Below are positions 26,928 through 41,595 of a DNA stretch of 64,000 nucleotides, piece after piece; the stretch's first letter is position 1, and each line of letters starts with the position of its first letter. This DNA is from Octopus vulgaris (Eukaryota). The translations under genes and the position numbers were made by a program. The DNA is taken from assembly GCA_951406725.2 (NCBI GenBank), contig OX597821.1, forward strand, positions 87,296,001 to 87,360,000, written 5' to 3'. The notes below the pieces were generated by a model. The model was given only the letters and a program-made list of their open reading frames with translations, did no database searches and was not told the DNA's origin.

Positions 26928-28719
26928 GCATGCATCCTATACCTGCCATTAGACGAAAGTTTTGCTGCGAAAAGCCGAGACGTTGTGAGAAAATATGGGT
27001 CTACCAAGTACACATCTGCAGCGCAGGCAGTAACCAGCAGTGAATGCAGATAGAGGCTGTTTGAATTTCCTTGTAAAAGCAGCTGATTCTAACGTAAAGA
27101 GAATACGAGGAGTTTGGGGTTCTCACAGCAGTCGACGAAGATGAGTTGAGGCTAGAATGAAGTAGAAAATGCAGCTGCTATTACTACTACTGCTACTACT
27201 GCTGAGGCTGATGATAATGATGATGATGATGATTTCTCTAAGTAGAACCAAAATCTTAAATAAAATCCAAAAAAAAACTTGTGGTAATCTGCACCGAAAA
27301 TACCATTTAGTAAAGCTGGCAAATTTTAGTTACGTCTGTATGACGAATCGCTATCACTGTTGGTTTCCTCGCAGCCTATGAACTTATCCAAATGTCTAAA
27401 CTTCATCAAGCAAGTTCAGTTAAGTGCTTTGACATAATAATGCCCTTCGCTAGGATAAGTAATTAAATTTCAAGTATTAGAAAAGATGAGTGTTGCTTTC
27501 TTTTTCTTTATGCAAATGATATGACCGATTTATGAAAGGAGATAGGTCTGCTGAAATAGATCGATATTCTAACCCAGTATATGGTTGATACTTTTTACAG
27601 GAAAATGGCGAAAAGTGAGAAAGGATAAGACATTGGAGGGTTACCTCATGTGTCTTAAGATCAATTTTGATGTAGGATGCTTGGGTCTGTATGCTTCATA
27701 ACACCAAGTTACAGGATGTTATTGGAAAGTCATCTACGATTGACTTAAGTCTTATCTGGAGTGGGCGGGAGGTTTATTTCTCATCCTCTTAACGCTTCAG
27801 AAACCGGTGAAAATTCACGGTCCAATTGATTCTTGGGATTTGCAAAATAATTAACTGATTCCATGAACAGGCTCTCACAAGAACACGTTACATCTTTATG
27901 ATATATATATTTTGTTTTTTGGTTTTATATATGAAAGTGGTTTTATTTTAATAAAGCTCACAGATTTGCAAGTTGTGACGTTTATGCCTTCGCCAAGAAT
28001 ATTAGAGAGTATAATATAAAGTGAAATACTGCTTTATGGCATAATTGGTAGAGGGAACGACAACGGGATAGATAGATAAACATTGAGATATGTTAAGAAG
28101 ACGGGTATAGAGAGATAGACGTAGGACTGACAAGTATAAAAAAAAAGAAGAGTGATAGCTAGGTAGCTATATAAAAAGAAAGATAGTTGGGCGACGAATT
28201 CAGATGGGTAAAAATGATATACGGCTAGCTAGCCTGATTTATAGATTGAAAGTTATTAGATAGAGGCCAGAAACGAAAAAAAAATTACAGAAAAGAAAAA
28301 AACTCTCCTGCCGTTAGAAAATTGAAGAAAAGCAGACGACAACGATGACGCTAATAGGGAGGACTTGAACGACAACGACGAAGCGGAGGATAACGATGAT
28401 GACAATGATGTTGCCTTGACGTTATTGATGAAGAAAGAACAGAAAATGGCCATGACACAGCGCTAGGCAAAGATCCATGGTCAAAAACTTCGGGTAGAAA
28501 TGGAAGACGAGACTAAAGTTTAGAGACGAGTGGAAGCACATTGTGATTAGTGATGTAACAAGACATTTGGTGGACAGAGCGATAGAGTGGGAAATGTATA
28601 TGTATGTGAGTGTGAGCGCGCAGAGCGCACACGTGTTCGCACACATATCTCCATATAAATAAGATTGCATACATTATGTATATATTTTATACATACATAC
28701 ACACATACTTATATATATA

Positions 28720-28943
28720 TCTTTTACTCTTTTACTCTTTTACTTGTTTCAGTCATTTGACTGTGGCCATGTTGGAGCACCGCCCTTAGTCGAGCAAATC
28801 GACCTCCAGGACTTATTCTTTGTAAGCCTAGTATTTATTCTATCGGTCTCTTTTGCCGAACCGCTAAGTTACGGGGACGTAAACACACTCGCATCGGTTG
28901 TCAAGCGATGTTGGGGGGACAACCACAAACACACAAACATTCG

Positions 28944-28979
<36 letters not shown>

Positions 28980-29141
28980 CATATATACGACGGGCTTCTT
29001 TCAGTTTCCGTCTACCAAATCCACTCACAAGGCTTTGGTCAGCCCGAGGCCACAGTAGAAGACACTTGCCCAAGGTGCTACGCAGTTGGACTGAACTCGG
29101 AAACTTATGGTTGGTAAGCAAGCCACTTACCACACAGCCAC
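28720..29141 (-). mobile_element. SINE family A
   Basis: Homology to other family A copies. Confidence 0.9.
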
Positions 29142-29191
<50 letters not shown>

Positions 29192-29290
29192 ACATATATT
29201 GTATATATTGTATAATATATTTATAAACACACTCACACACACATATATATGTATATATGTATCTACATATATTGTGATATTTATATAAAC

Positions 29291-29344
<54 letters not shown>

Positions 29345-29574
29345 GTCTGAATATATTATATAAATATATATCATGCATACATGCATTTTATAAATACTTA
29401 ACACGCACATATGCATGTATAAATTGTACGTGTGTGTGTATGTGTGTATATTTAAAACAAAAATGATTGGTTCGGTCTAGAAGAAGGGCTTTGCCCACGC
29501 CCTTCGCAGACAGATCAATAAGCAGACTTCCTCCGCTCCCACACAAACAGACTCACATTACGCACACACACACA

Positions 29575-29622
<48 letters not shown>

Positions 29623-29858
29623 TCAAAATATCCAAATACATCAAAATACCGAATGCACATACACACAGTAAGATAGAAGAAGCGTTTGAGAATTTTCGAT
29701 TTCTAAGAGTTGGTTCAATGGCAATGTCACGCAGAGCACTTCCAATAACCGAGTGAAATGGTAAATTCCATACACACAGCTAACCCGCTGTTGTAATCTC
29801 TTGTCTTGCACGTGAGCTGATCACCAGAGTGCGCTGTGAGTATATATATATATATGTA

Positions 29859-29914
<56 letters not shown>

Positions 29915-30209
29915 ATGAGGAGAATGTGTGATTTTAAATGTGCCTCGCTCTGTGTGTGTATGTGTATGTGTGCGTACTTAGTGAGTATATGTAGTGAGAA
30001 TGTACGTGTGTGTGTGTGTGTGTACTTAGTGAATAGCTATATGTAGTGTGAATGTGTGCGTGTGTGCGTGTGTGTCTGCGCGTGCGCATTAAATATCCAT
30101 CACGTGTATGGTTTGTACGAGTGTGTGGGTGGCTTTTTCTTTCTGGATGTACACTTAAATGTACACTTAATGTATGTATAGCAGTTTGATCTAACGTGAG
30201 TTTATATAC

Positions 30210-30268
<59 letters not shown>

Positions 30269-30688
30269 TATGTTTCTTCAAGGGTGTATGTTCTGACGAT
30301 CTATATGCTTGCGCGCACGATTTTTCTTTATGAGTGTGTCAGTGTGTCCAGCTTCGTAGGAGCATGCGATTGTACACTTTTCAGTATAACTGCGCGCGTT
30401 TCCTTCTCCATATTTTTGCATGGTATTTTCTATAACCGAGAGTAGATGTCTTTAATAATTTTGTACGAGTCCATGTCTACAAGAGCATTCTGTATATGCT
30501 TCTGCGTTTATTTGCATTCGTACATGAAATTCTGAATCTCACTTAAGTGGGTTTTATGCATGTGTATATGTACGTATGCATTTTGTGTTTGCATGTTTTT
30601 TATTGTGTACATGCTTTTAATTATGTATTTAACTATGTATTTATGTATATTTCCCTGAAATCCTGTTTCCTTCTCTCTCTTCACTCAC

Positions 30689-30847
<159 letters not shown>

Positions 30848-31012
30848 AGTCTGTCTATCTGTCTATCTGTCTATCTATCTATACATACACACACACACAT
30901 GCATAAATACATACGTACACACATACATAATTACATACATACTTATCTATCTCTCTATATGCATATTACATGTCTTCTTGCGTTGTATGAATACGTATGT
31001 GTGTGTGTCTGT

Positions 31013-31044
<32 letters not shown>

Positions 31045-31515
31045 TTATAACTATCTATCTGTACATACATACATACAAACATACATACATACATACATAC
31101 ATACACACATACATACATACACACATACATACATAAATACATACATATAAACACATACATACTACACACACACACATACATAATTACATGTATATGCTTA
31201 TCTGTCTGTCCATATACGTATTACATGTCTTCTTACTTTGTATGAATACATGTGTGTGTGTGTGTGTGTGTATGTACACATACACCCACGCATACATACA
31301 ACTATAACTTGAGACAGAGAGACGTGGAAGTGCGTGACAAACCGGGAAATTGAAGGGCTTGATGAGAAATAAAATTATCTTTAAAAACACGTCAAATCTA
31401 TTGACGGATTTAAAGGGATTAGTGAGATGGGAGGGTCGGATTATCGCCAATAGCTATGTTTGCATAAATAAGGGTTTCTCGAACATCAAACCATCATGGT
31501 CGCAATATTGTGTGT

Positions 31516-31980
<465 letters not shown>

Positions 31981-32724
31981 TATATATGTGTGTGTGTGTG
32001 TGTGTGTATGTGTGTTATATTGATATGGATCCAAGCGCGCACACATGCACATGCACAGATACTTTAGAATTATAATAACTCTTTCAATGATAATGTATTT
32101 TGTTTTGGTTTTTTTTCAGAGGAAATTTGAACTTTTGAGAAACGCTTAATATTCTGGAACAATCGTACAAAGTATAAGGAAGCCATCATTATGCATATTG
32201 TGATATTTCGCGAGTGTGAGTCTCCTCGAATACTATCCGCGAACGACAACAACAACAACAGTAACAATAAGAACGAGAACAGCAGCAGCAACAACAACAA
32301 CAACGACGGCGACGACTACCACCACCACCACCACCACCAATACTACTACTACTGTATGTATGTGTATGTATGTATGTATGTATGTATGTATGTATGTATG
32401 TATGTATGTATGTGTATGTATGTATGTATGTATGTATGTATGTATGTATGTATGTATGTATGTATGTATGTATGTATGTGTGTATGTATGTATGTATGTA
32501 TGTATGTGTGTATGTGTGTGTGTATGTATGTGTGTATGTGTGTATGTATGCGATGTGTTTCTGCACAGTTACCGTCTACTGAATTCTAGTGTATTGTCCG
32601 TATCTCTCTATCCGTCTGTCTGTGTGTGTGTCTGTGTGTGTGTCTGTCTGTCTGTCTGTCTGTGTGTATGTATGTATGTATGTATGTATGTATGTATGTA
32701 TATATGTATGTATCTCTCTCTCTA

Positions 32725-32803
<79 letters not shown>

Positions 32804-33431
32804 ACTTACGTATTGATACATATATTCTTACAAATACAATATATATATATGTTTATATAGATTAAACGTCCACAGCCGTCCAATAGTAGAGAGCTTACAT
32901 TATGAATAATGAAGAAGGTTGTTTACGCTTAAAGTTTTGCGACTATGTGTAAGCCGTGTCGTCTGAGCACACGTCCCTAACACACTGTATCCTACATGGG
33001 AGATCCAATCCTAAAGTCTACGTGAGAGTGTGACAGTCTCCAAGGGAAAATGCCTCCTGCCAGCCTGTTGTCTCTCACTTTGCAAATACTTGGCACACGT
33101 CCACACAGTATAAATTACCGCCTAAAGTAAATAACGCCATTATACACACATAGCTTTAATTTACAATACGTATGGTCTCACATACGCATACACATACACT
33201 TTTGGATAGGTGTATACATAAATACATACATACACACATATATACATACATAGACATATATACACGTGTACATACAGGTATATAGATATGACAGATACGT
33301 ATATAAATATACACATGTTGACACACGTGTGTGTGCACGCACATACATACACATCTAAGAAATGATCGACAATAACTTCGAAATTTTAACCAAATTAAAT
33401 GATTCTGCCATTAATGTTCTATTTTTTTAAT

Positions 33432-33776
33432 ACTCTTTTACTCTTTTACTTGTTTCAGTCATGTGACAGTGGCCATGCTGCAGCACTGCATTTAGGCGAG
33501 CAAATCGACCCCAGGACTTATTCTTTGCAAGTCTAGTACTTATTCTACCGGTCTCTTTTGCCGAACCGCTAAGTTACGGTGTCGAAAATACACCGGCATC
33601 GGTTGTCAAGCGATATTAGGGGGACTTCAGTTTCCGTCTACCAAATCCACTCACAAGGCTTTAGTCGACCCGAGGCTATAGTAGAAGACACTTGCCAAAG
33701 GTGCCACGCAGTGGAACCGAACCCGGAACCATGTGGTTCGTAAGCAAGCTTCTTACCACACAGACTCTCCTACGCC
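33432..33776 (-). mobile_element. SINE family A with the internal microsatellite deleted
   Basis: gggggac joins directly to ttcagtttccgtc at about 33625. Confidence 0.88.
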
Positions 33777-33808
33777 TACTATAGCTATATTTAAAAAGCA
33801 ACATTACA

Positions 33809-33883
<75 letters not shown>

Positions 33884-33952
33884 GATCTGTCTGTCTCTCT
33901 CTCTCTATTTATCTGTCTGTCTGTCTGTCTGTCTGTCTACCTCTCTACCTCC

Positions 33953-34038
<86 letters not shown>

Positions 34039-34155
34039 GTCTCTCTCTCTATTTATCTGTCTGTCTGTTTATCTATCTATCTATGTGTCATGTATACAGC
34101 GAATACATCGACATCGACGGTAAGTTTTTAGTCGTTTGATTAACTGAAATACATG

Positions 34156-34553
34156 CTTTTACTTGTTTCAGTCATTTGACTGCGGCCATGCTGGAGCACC
34201 GCCTTTAGTCGAGCAAATCGACCCCGGGACTTATTCTTTGTAAGCCCAGTACTTATTCCATCGGTCTCCTTTGCCGAACCGCTAAGTGACGGGGACGTAA
34301 ACACACCAGCATCGGTTGTCAAGCAATGCTAGGGGGACAAACACAGACACACAAACACACACACACTTACATATATATATATATATACATATATACGACA
34401 GGCTTCTTTCAGTTTCCGTCTACCAAATCCACTCACAAGGCATTGGTCGGCCCGGGGCTATAGCAGAAGACACTTGCCCAAGATGCCACGCAGTGAGACT
34501 GAACCCGGAACCATGTGGTTGGGTAGCAAGCTACTTACCACACAGCCACTCCT

Positions 34554-34557
<4 letters not shown>
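34156..34557 (-). mobile_element. SINE family A, full length
   Basis: Homology to other family A copies. Confidence 0.92.
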
Positions 34558-34610
<53 letters not shown>

Positions 34611-34617
34611 TGTATAT

Positions 34618-34809
34618 AAGTAGGGAGAGTTTACGAAAAAAACAAAAGACGAAGACAGGTGGTGTACAAAACAAACAGATGTATTTATATAACGCTCAGG
34701 AATAGAAAAAGTCTTTTACGTTTCGAGCCTACGCTCTTCTACAGAAAGGGACACAGAAAAAACAAGGAGAGAAAAAAATGTGTGTAGTGGCTAACGATCT
34801 ATCATAGCG

Positions 34810-34811
<2 letters not shown>
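34618..34811 (-). mobile_element. Penelope-like pLTR fragment with hammerhead motif (34713-34748)
   Basis: Reverse complement CTTT-CTGtAGA-a-GAGC-gtag-GCTC-GAAAC-GTA-AAAG; embedded in (TA)n. Confidence 0.65.
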
Positions 34812-34848
<37 letters not shown>

Positions 34849-35030
34849 GGACAAGCGAGTAAGTACACAAGCTGAGTCACATACTAAAAGAAGATGCCAG
34901 ATGGCTCTAAACTACCTTAAATATCAATAAACACGCGCCGAAATCAGGGTAATAAACGAAAAAGATTCATGAAAAGGTTCAATTACATATCAATTGATTT
35001 CAGGATTATGGGGAAATATATACACACACA

Positions 35031-35255
35031 CGAGAGGGCGCTGAAAAGTTCCTGGCTTTGGGGTTATAGAAAACAAAAAAGGGCTAAGTTAATTATATCA
35101 TTTTATTCAACATATTCATTCCTCTCTCAGATTCACACACTTATTGCAGCGGTTCTTCAGTTCTTCTAAGCCCTGTAAAAGAACTCGGAAGTTTGGAACT
35201 CCAGCCAGGCCTTTCGTGATACCCTTAAAGCCATGAACATTTCAGCATCCCACGT
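35031..35255. mobile_element. Mariner-type MITE
   Basis: TIRs cgagagggcgctgaaaagttcctggcttt / aaagccatgaacatttcagcatcccacg. Confidence 0.7.
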
Positions 35256-35381
35256 GCGTGAGTGTGACTCTGTGTGTGTATGTGTATGTGTGAGTGCAAC
35301 TGTGTGTGTGTGTGCATGTGTGTGTATGTATGTATTATCGGTCACACATACATAGTGTATGTGTTTTGCTTATTCGCCAGT

Positions 35382-35860
35382 TTGCCGCAGGACAGGGTCC
35401 TGGGAAAGCTCCCCTACACGATGCCGGGTGTTAAAGAACATGATGTCCCACCCAGATAGGCGAGGCAACTTGCTTTCGGCGACTGAGAACGACAGATATC
35501 GATATTTCGTTATTGTTATAGCTCCATCGTACCATTTACACGATTCTCCTCGAAACGAATTGAATCACTGGTCTGGCAAATATATGCAAATAGTGTGAAG
35601 TCTATTTGCTGATGTGCTGTGGTGTGGAACATGTGAAACAAAATTAAATTTCGAATTAAAAGCAGCTCTAATGATGTAAATATTAACGGTCGCACAAACA
35701 TAGTAGAGGAAATGGTAAAATGGTACTGTAAAATGGTACTGTGGAATTATAAACGATAGGGAAATATCGATATCTATCATTTTCGATTATCTCAGGCGAC
35801 ACACCTTGCCTGTCTGCGACATGTAGGGGGAGCTTTCCCATGATGCCATCTTGCAGCATA
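35382..35860. mobile_element. Fold-back element with long imperfect inverted arms
   Basis: tgggaaagctcccctaca / tgtagggggagctttccca; cagataggcgagg / ccttgcctgtctg; agatatcgatatttc / gaaatatcgatatct. Confidence 0.65.
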
Positions 35861-35861
35861 T

Positions 35862-36410
35862 TCTTTTCTACTCTAGGCACAAGGCCCGAAATCTTTGGGG
35901 AGGGGCCAGTTGATTAGATTGACCTCAGTACGCAACTGGTACTTAATTTATCGACCTCGAAAATATGAAAGCAAAATCGAACTCGGTGGAATTTGATCTC
36001 AGAACGTAGCGGCAGACGAAATACCTATTTTTTTACTGCCCACAAGGGGCTACACACAGAGGCGACAAACAAAGACAGACAAAAGGATTAAGTCGATTAC
36101 ATCGATCCCAGTACGTAACTGGTACTTATTTAATCGACCCCGAAAGGATGAAGGGCAATGTCGACCTCGGTGGAATTTGAACTCAGAACATAAAGACAGA
36201 CGAAATACCTATTTCTTTACTACCCACACGGGGCTAAACACAGAGCGGACAAACAAGGACAGACAAACGGATTAAGTCGATTACATCGACGCCAGTGCGT
36301 AACTGGTACTTATTCAATCGATCCCGAAAGAATGAAAGGCAAAGTCGACCTCGGCGGAATTTGAACTCGGAACATAACGGCAGACGAACTACCGCTAAGC
36401 ATTTCGCCTG
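35862..36410 (-). mobile_element. SINE family B trimer (~184-bp period)
   Basis: gacgaa(a/c)tacc junctions at about 36016, 36199 and 36383. Confidence 0.9.
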
Positions 36411-36597
36411 GAGTGGGGCAGAGAGAATGAGATAGACATAGATTAATAGCAAAGTGAACTTTGGTGGAATTTAAACTCGGAAATCAGGGACACGAAATTT
36501 TTACAAAAACTTTTTTTCACCACTCTACTGTTTGTTTTAATGACATGCAAATGTGTGTTTGCATATGAGTGGGACTATGCGTGTACTATATGTATTA

Positions 36598-36973
36598 CTA
36601 TTTTACTTGTTTCAGTCATTCGAACAAATCGACCCCCAGGACTTATTCTTTGGAAGCCTAGTTCTGATTCTATCGGTCTCTTTTGCCGAACCGCTAATGT
36701 TACGGGGACGTAAGCACACCAGCGTCGGTTGTCAAGCGATGTTGGGGGGACAACCACAGACACACAAACATACACACACACACATATACATATATATATA
36801 TACATGTATACGACGGGCTTCTTTCAGTTTCCGTCTACCAAATCCACTCACAAGGCTTTGGTCAGCCTGAGGCTTTAGTACAAGACACTTGCCCAAGGTG
36901 TCACGCGGTGGGACTGAAACCGGAACTATGTGGTTCGTAAGCAAGCTACTTACCACACAGCCACTCCTACGCC
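36598..36973 (-). mobile_element. SINE family A
   Basis: Homology to other family A copies; short deletion near the tail. Confidence 0.9.
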
Positions 36974-36999
36974 TATATGTATGTATATGTTTTTTTCTG

Positions 37000-37206
37000 C
37001 ATAATAAGCCCTCTACTATCGCGGGTGTTACGTTTCATAACCTCTCACAGAAATAATTAAAATCTAAAAAATATAATACCTATCGGCCGCAGCAACCCGC
37101 GGTATACTGAGGCACCCGCGATATAAATTTACATATATTAGCCAGAAAAATCCGCGAAGTACTGAGTGCGCGATAAGTGAACTGCAATATGGCGATGGAT
37201 TACTGT
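37000..37206. mobile_element. pogo/Tigger-like MITE, degenerate
   Basis: Right end gaactgcaatatggcgatggattactg-TA; left end ccctctactatcgcgg; internal ccgcga repeats. Confidence 0.55.
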
Positions 37207-37236
37207 ATTTCTGTGTCTATCTACGTTTGTCTACAT

Positions 37237-37494
37237 CAGTAATTCTCAACCATTTATCACCTATGGACCCCTGTGATTCCTATTTTACTCAGGCGGACTC
37301 TGATAGCCACTCGATGTTTAAAAAGAAATCCCATCATATTTCTATAATCAAATATTATAAAGGATTCGCATAAAAAATTGTTAAAATATTTTGTGTATTG
37401 TAAATGTTTGACCATTTCATTGCAGATAACTTTAAACAACAAAATCTTATATGAACTCCCTAAGAGCCATATGGACCTCGGTTGAGCACCACTG
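37237..37494. mobile_element. hAT (Charlie-like) MITE
   Basis: TIRs cagtaattctcaacc / ggttgagcaccactg; decayed 8-bp TSD gtctacat/gactttat. Confidence 0.7.
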
Positions 37495-38091
37495 GACTTT
37501 ATCGTTGTAAAAAAAAAGGGTCAGTCGAGTGACGACCCGTTGCACCAAAACGTAACTTGGCCATCCGATAAATAGTGTTCGTTCGATAAAACAAGCAGGT
37601 GACGGAAATCAATACTTAAGCCAATACGATCAATGAAAAAATACTTTTCAAAACGGAGACGAAGCATAGCTACAAGTCAATGACTGAAACTAGTAAAATA
37701 ATAAAAGGATAAATAAATTGCTGAACGACCGATGTATCCATGTTAGAATGACATGTTACGTATGATGAGGCGAGTAAATATGGCGTTATGAGAAATCCAC
37801 CATCTTTACTTCAAAATAGAACATATCGTGTAAAATTTTCTAGCAGCAATAATTAATTATTAGTAATTAAGAGCATGCGCGTAAATACATTTAATATTAT
37901 ATTAATTGTTAATATACTAAATGTTTAGTTAAGACTTGGAGAAAACACGTTTGTTCGTTCATCGTACTCGATTGCAGATTACGTCAGATATATACACAAC
38001 TATATATATTGATCGTTACATAAGAATACAAACACATACATAAACACATTTGTGTTTTGTGTCTGTTTATGTATGTATGGTTGTGGTGTGT

Positions 38092-38129
<38 letters not shown>

Positions 38130-38274
38130 TGCACGCGCATTCGATTACACACAGACCTGAAGCGTGGTGAAAGGCAGCAGTACAAATCGTTAAGTTAAAC
38201 AACTAGAGGGAGATCTGACCAAGATTTCCACAGCGAAGAATTTTACAAAAGAGAGAGAGAGAGAGAGGGAGGGG

Positions 38275-38340
<66 letters not shown>

Positions 38341-38904
38341 GAGGTTCTCTCAAAGGATTAACAGCTTTTATTAACCGAAGGCGAATAAAGCATCTAAATA
38401 AATGAGTGAAAATTCTTCAGGAAACATTCCGCTATTAAAAGTTTATAAAAAGAAAAACCAAAAAACAAAAAAAAAACCCCACAAAAACAAAACAAAACAA
38501 AAAATAACACCTACAAAAAACAATAAACAACGCTCAAAAACAACAACAACCATAAATAAAATAAAACAAAGTAAAGAAAAGGAAGTGGGTGAGAAAGTGA
38601 AGAGAAAGAAGGGGAGGTGGAAGAGGAACAGAGAAAGACTAAGCGACGTGTGTAATTGCATTAAAAATCGATAATATAATAGATTATCAATAGCTTGCGA
38701 TAGAGTTGTTTGTACTGTTCGTTGTATTGTCAAGTTTTATAGTATTTTTCTTCTTGTAAAATATTCCAATTCAATATTTCTAGTGTGTATTTGTTTATCT
38801 ATTTACTGCATGCGATCAATCGATGTTGGGTATCTCTGTTGGTTTATTGTGCTTCTTGAGTGAAAGCTTGCGTGCATATGTACGTAGGTTTGTGAGTGTG
38901 CGAA

Positions 38905-39305
<401 letters not shown>

Positions 39306-39599
39306 AGACTGAGTGAAAAATCGGCGATTGCCATAATAATATTGTTCGTAAAGGAGAGGAATGTCTTGGTGAGAAAATATCCATCGTCTTAATCAACATC
39401 AGTTGGAGGAACGGTAACATCTTTCGTTATCGACGAGTTCGTCGTCAGCGTAACTGCCGTCACAACTGTTTATTGTTACAGCGGCGGCGGCCATGATATG
39501 ATGATCATCGTCACAACGTCATTGTCCTTCCTTCCTTCCTTCCTTCCACGCCTCGTCGCCATCATCACTACCGCACTCCACTATTACCATACGTGTATT

Positions 39600-39613
39600 C
39601 ATCGTCGTCGTCG

Positions 39614-39648
<35 letters not shown>

Positions 39649-39649
39649 G

Positions 39650-39693
<44 letters not shown>

Positions 39694-39749
39694 GTCGTCA
39701 TCATCATCATCATCATCATCATCATCGTCATCATCATATCATCATCATC

Positions 39750-39781
<32 letters not shown>

Positions 39782-39906
39782 CGTCATCATCATCATCATC
39801 ATCGTCATCATCATCATCATCATCGTCATCATCATCATCACCATCGTCATCATCGTCATCATCGTCATCATCATCATCATCGTCATCATCATCATCATCA
39901 TCATCG

Positions 39907-39941
<35 letters not shown>

Positions 39942-39977
39942 GTCGTCGTCGTCGTCGTCATCATCATCGTCGTCATC

Positions 39978-40013
<36 letters not shown>

Positions 40014-40343
40014 GTCGACATCATCGTCATCATCGTCATCATCATCACCATCACCATCATCACCATCATCATCATCATCATCGTCATCATCATCATCATC
40101 ATCATCGTCATCATCATCATCTCCATCGTCATCATCGTCATCATCGTCATCATCATCACCCTCATCATCACCATCATCATCATCATCATCATCATCGTCA
40201 TCATCATCATCATCATCATCATCATCGTCGTCATCATCATCATAATTCATCATCATCATCATCATCATAGTCGTCGTCGTCACCGTCATCATCATCATCA
40301 TCATCGTCGTCGTCACCGTCATCATCATCATCATCATCATCAT
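39600..40343. repeat. ~740-bp (CAT/CGT)n microsatellite
   Basis: Direct inspection; source of the poly-His/Ile/Asp pseudo-ORFs. Confidence 0.95.
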
Positions 40344-40732
40344 GAAGTTACTTTCATTATCCAAAGTTGTCCCTTACCGTTTGATAATTTGCTTCATATA
40401 CAATTTCCCAGCTGCAAGTTGTGTCTCTCCATTTACGCTACTCCAAGTGTTAGAGAATGGCAGCTTAAAGGTCCCAATATCTATATATCTATCTCCTCTT
40501 GAATGGTATAGACTTCATTGTTACCAAGAGAAATAAAGGCACGTCTTGAGTCAAGGAATAAGAAAACAGATACATGATCATGGCTTAGCTGGCCTAAACT
40601 TCGAAGTCACTATCAATACTTTTCCTGGTAGAGATTAATAATTTTATACTCTTCCAAAAGCATTGAGTAATCTTTCAGTTCAATGTAATTTTGATTGTAT
40701 TATAACACACACACACACTCAAAGACACACAG

Positions 40733-40763
<31 letters not shown>

Positions 40764-40867
40764 CACAGACACACACACGCACACATACACAGACAGATAG
40801 ACACACACACACATACGCGCGCACACACACGCATACACACACACAGACACACACACATACACACACA

Positions 40868-41083
40868 AAGGTAGCGAGCTGGCAAAATCGTCAGAACGCC
40901 GGTCAAAATGGGTAGCGGCATTTCGCCTGTCTTTACGATCGGAGTTCAAATTCCACTAAGATCGATTTTACGCTTCATCCTTTCGGGCACGACAAAATAA
41001 GTAACAGTTGAGCACTGGTACTGATATAATCGAATTACTCACTGCCCCCAATTTGCTGGCCTTGTGCCATAAACTTGAAACCA
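40868..41083 (+). mobile_element. SINE family B, short-tail variant
   Basis: gcgagctggcaaaatcgtc...ggagttcaaattcc...cttcatcctttcggg...gctggccttgtgcc. Confidence 0.8.
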
Positions 41084-41094
41084 ACCTCACTCTC

Positions 41095-41397
41095 TATGTT
41101 GTATCCTATCTAAATTAACTATTACTTAAACATCCTCCCACACCGTATCCAATGAAGGGATATAATTAATAAATATCCTGGAAACAGCTGTAAGACCTAT
41201 CTATAAATGTTCTAATATCTACACAGCCTTGGTTTTTTTTATCTCATTACGCAAAAATTCTTATATACACACGCTGACATATGACCAACGTTGAATCCCT
41301 TATTCGCAAAATCACCGAACCTAGAACTTAGTCTAAAGCACTTATTCATCATTAACCTTTAGGTCTCAATGACGCCATTACCTCTCATAACCTCAAT
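41095..41397 (+). mobile_element. Probable Penelope-like fragment with degenerate hammerhead (41145-41196)
   Basis: ccaATGAa-GGGATA-loop-TATCCT-g-GAAACAGCTGTA-agac; stem II and palindromic stem III intact, CUG core mutated. Confidence 0.5.
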
Positions 41398-41563
41398 ATA
41401 TATATATATATATATATATCAAATTTCAGTGTTGAAGTGAATCAAATTCGTTGGTACTCCGAGTTTCAAGCGTTATGTTATATATATAAACGCAATTAAT
41501 TTGGGTGATATTGTGCAGAAACTCTTCAAATGCACACACGCCCTCTCTCTCTCTCTCTTTCAA

Positions 41564-41595
<32 letters not shown>

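Noticed and set aside
39498-40502. Long ORFs (334, 281 and 225 aa) and similar ones at 10446-11402, 6469-7194, 22634-23344 and 43280-44023
   Set aside because: Translations of stop-free microsatellites; no protein-like complexity.
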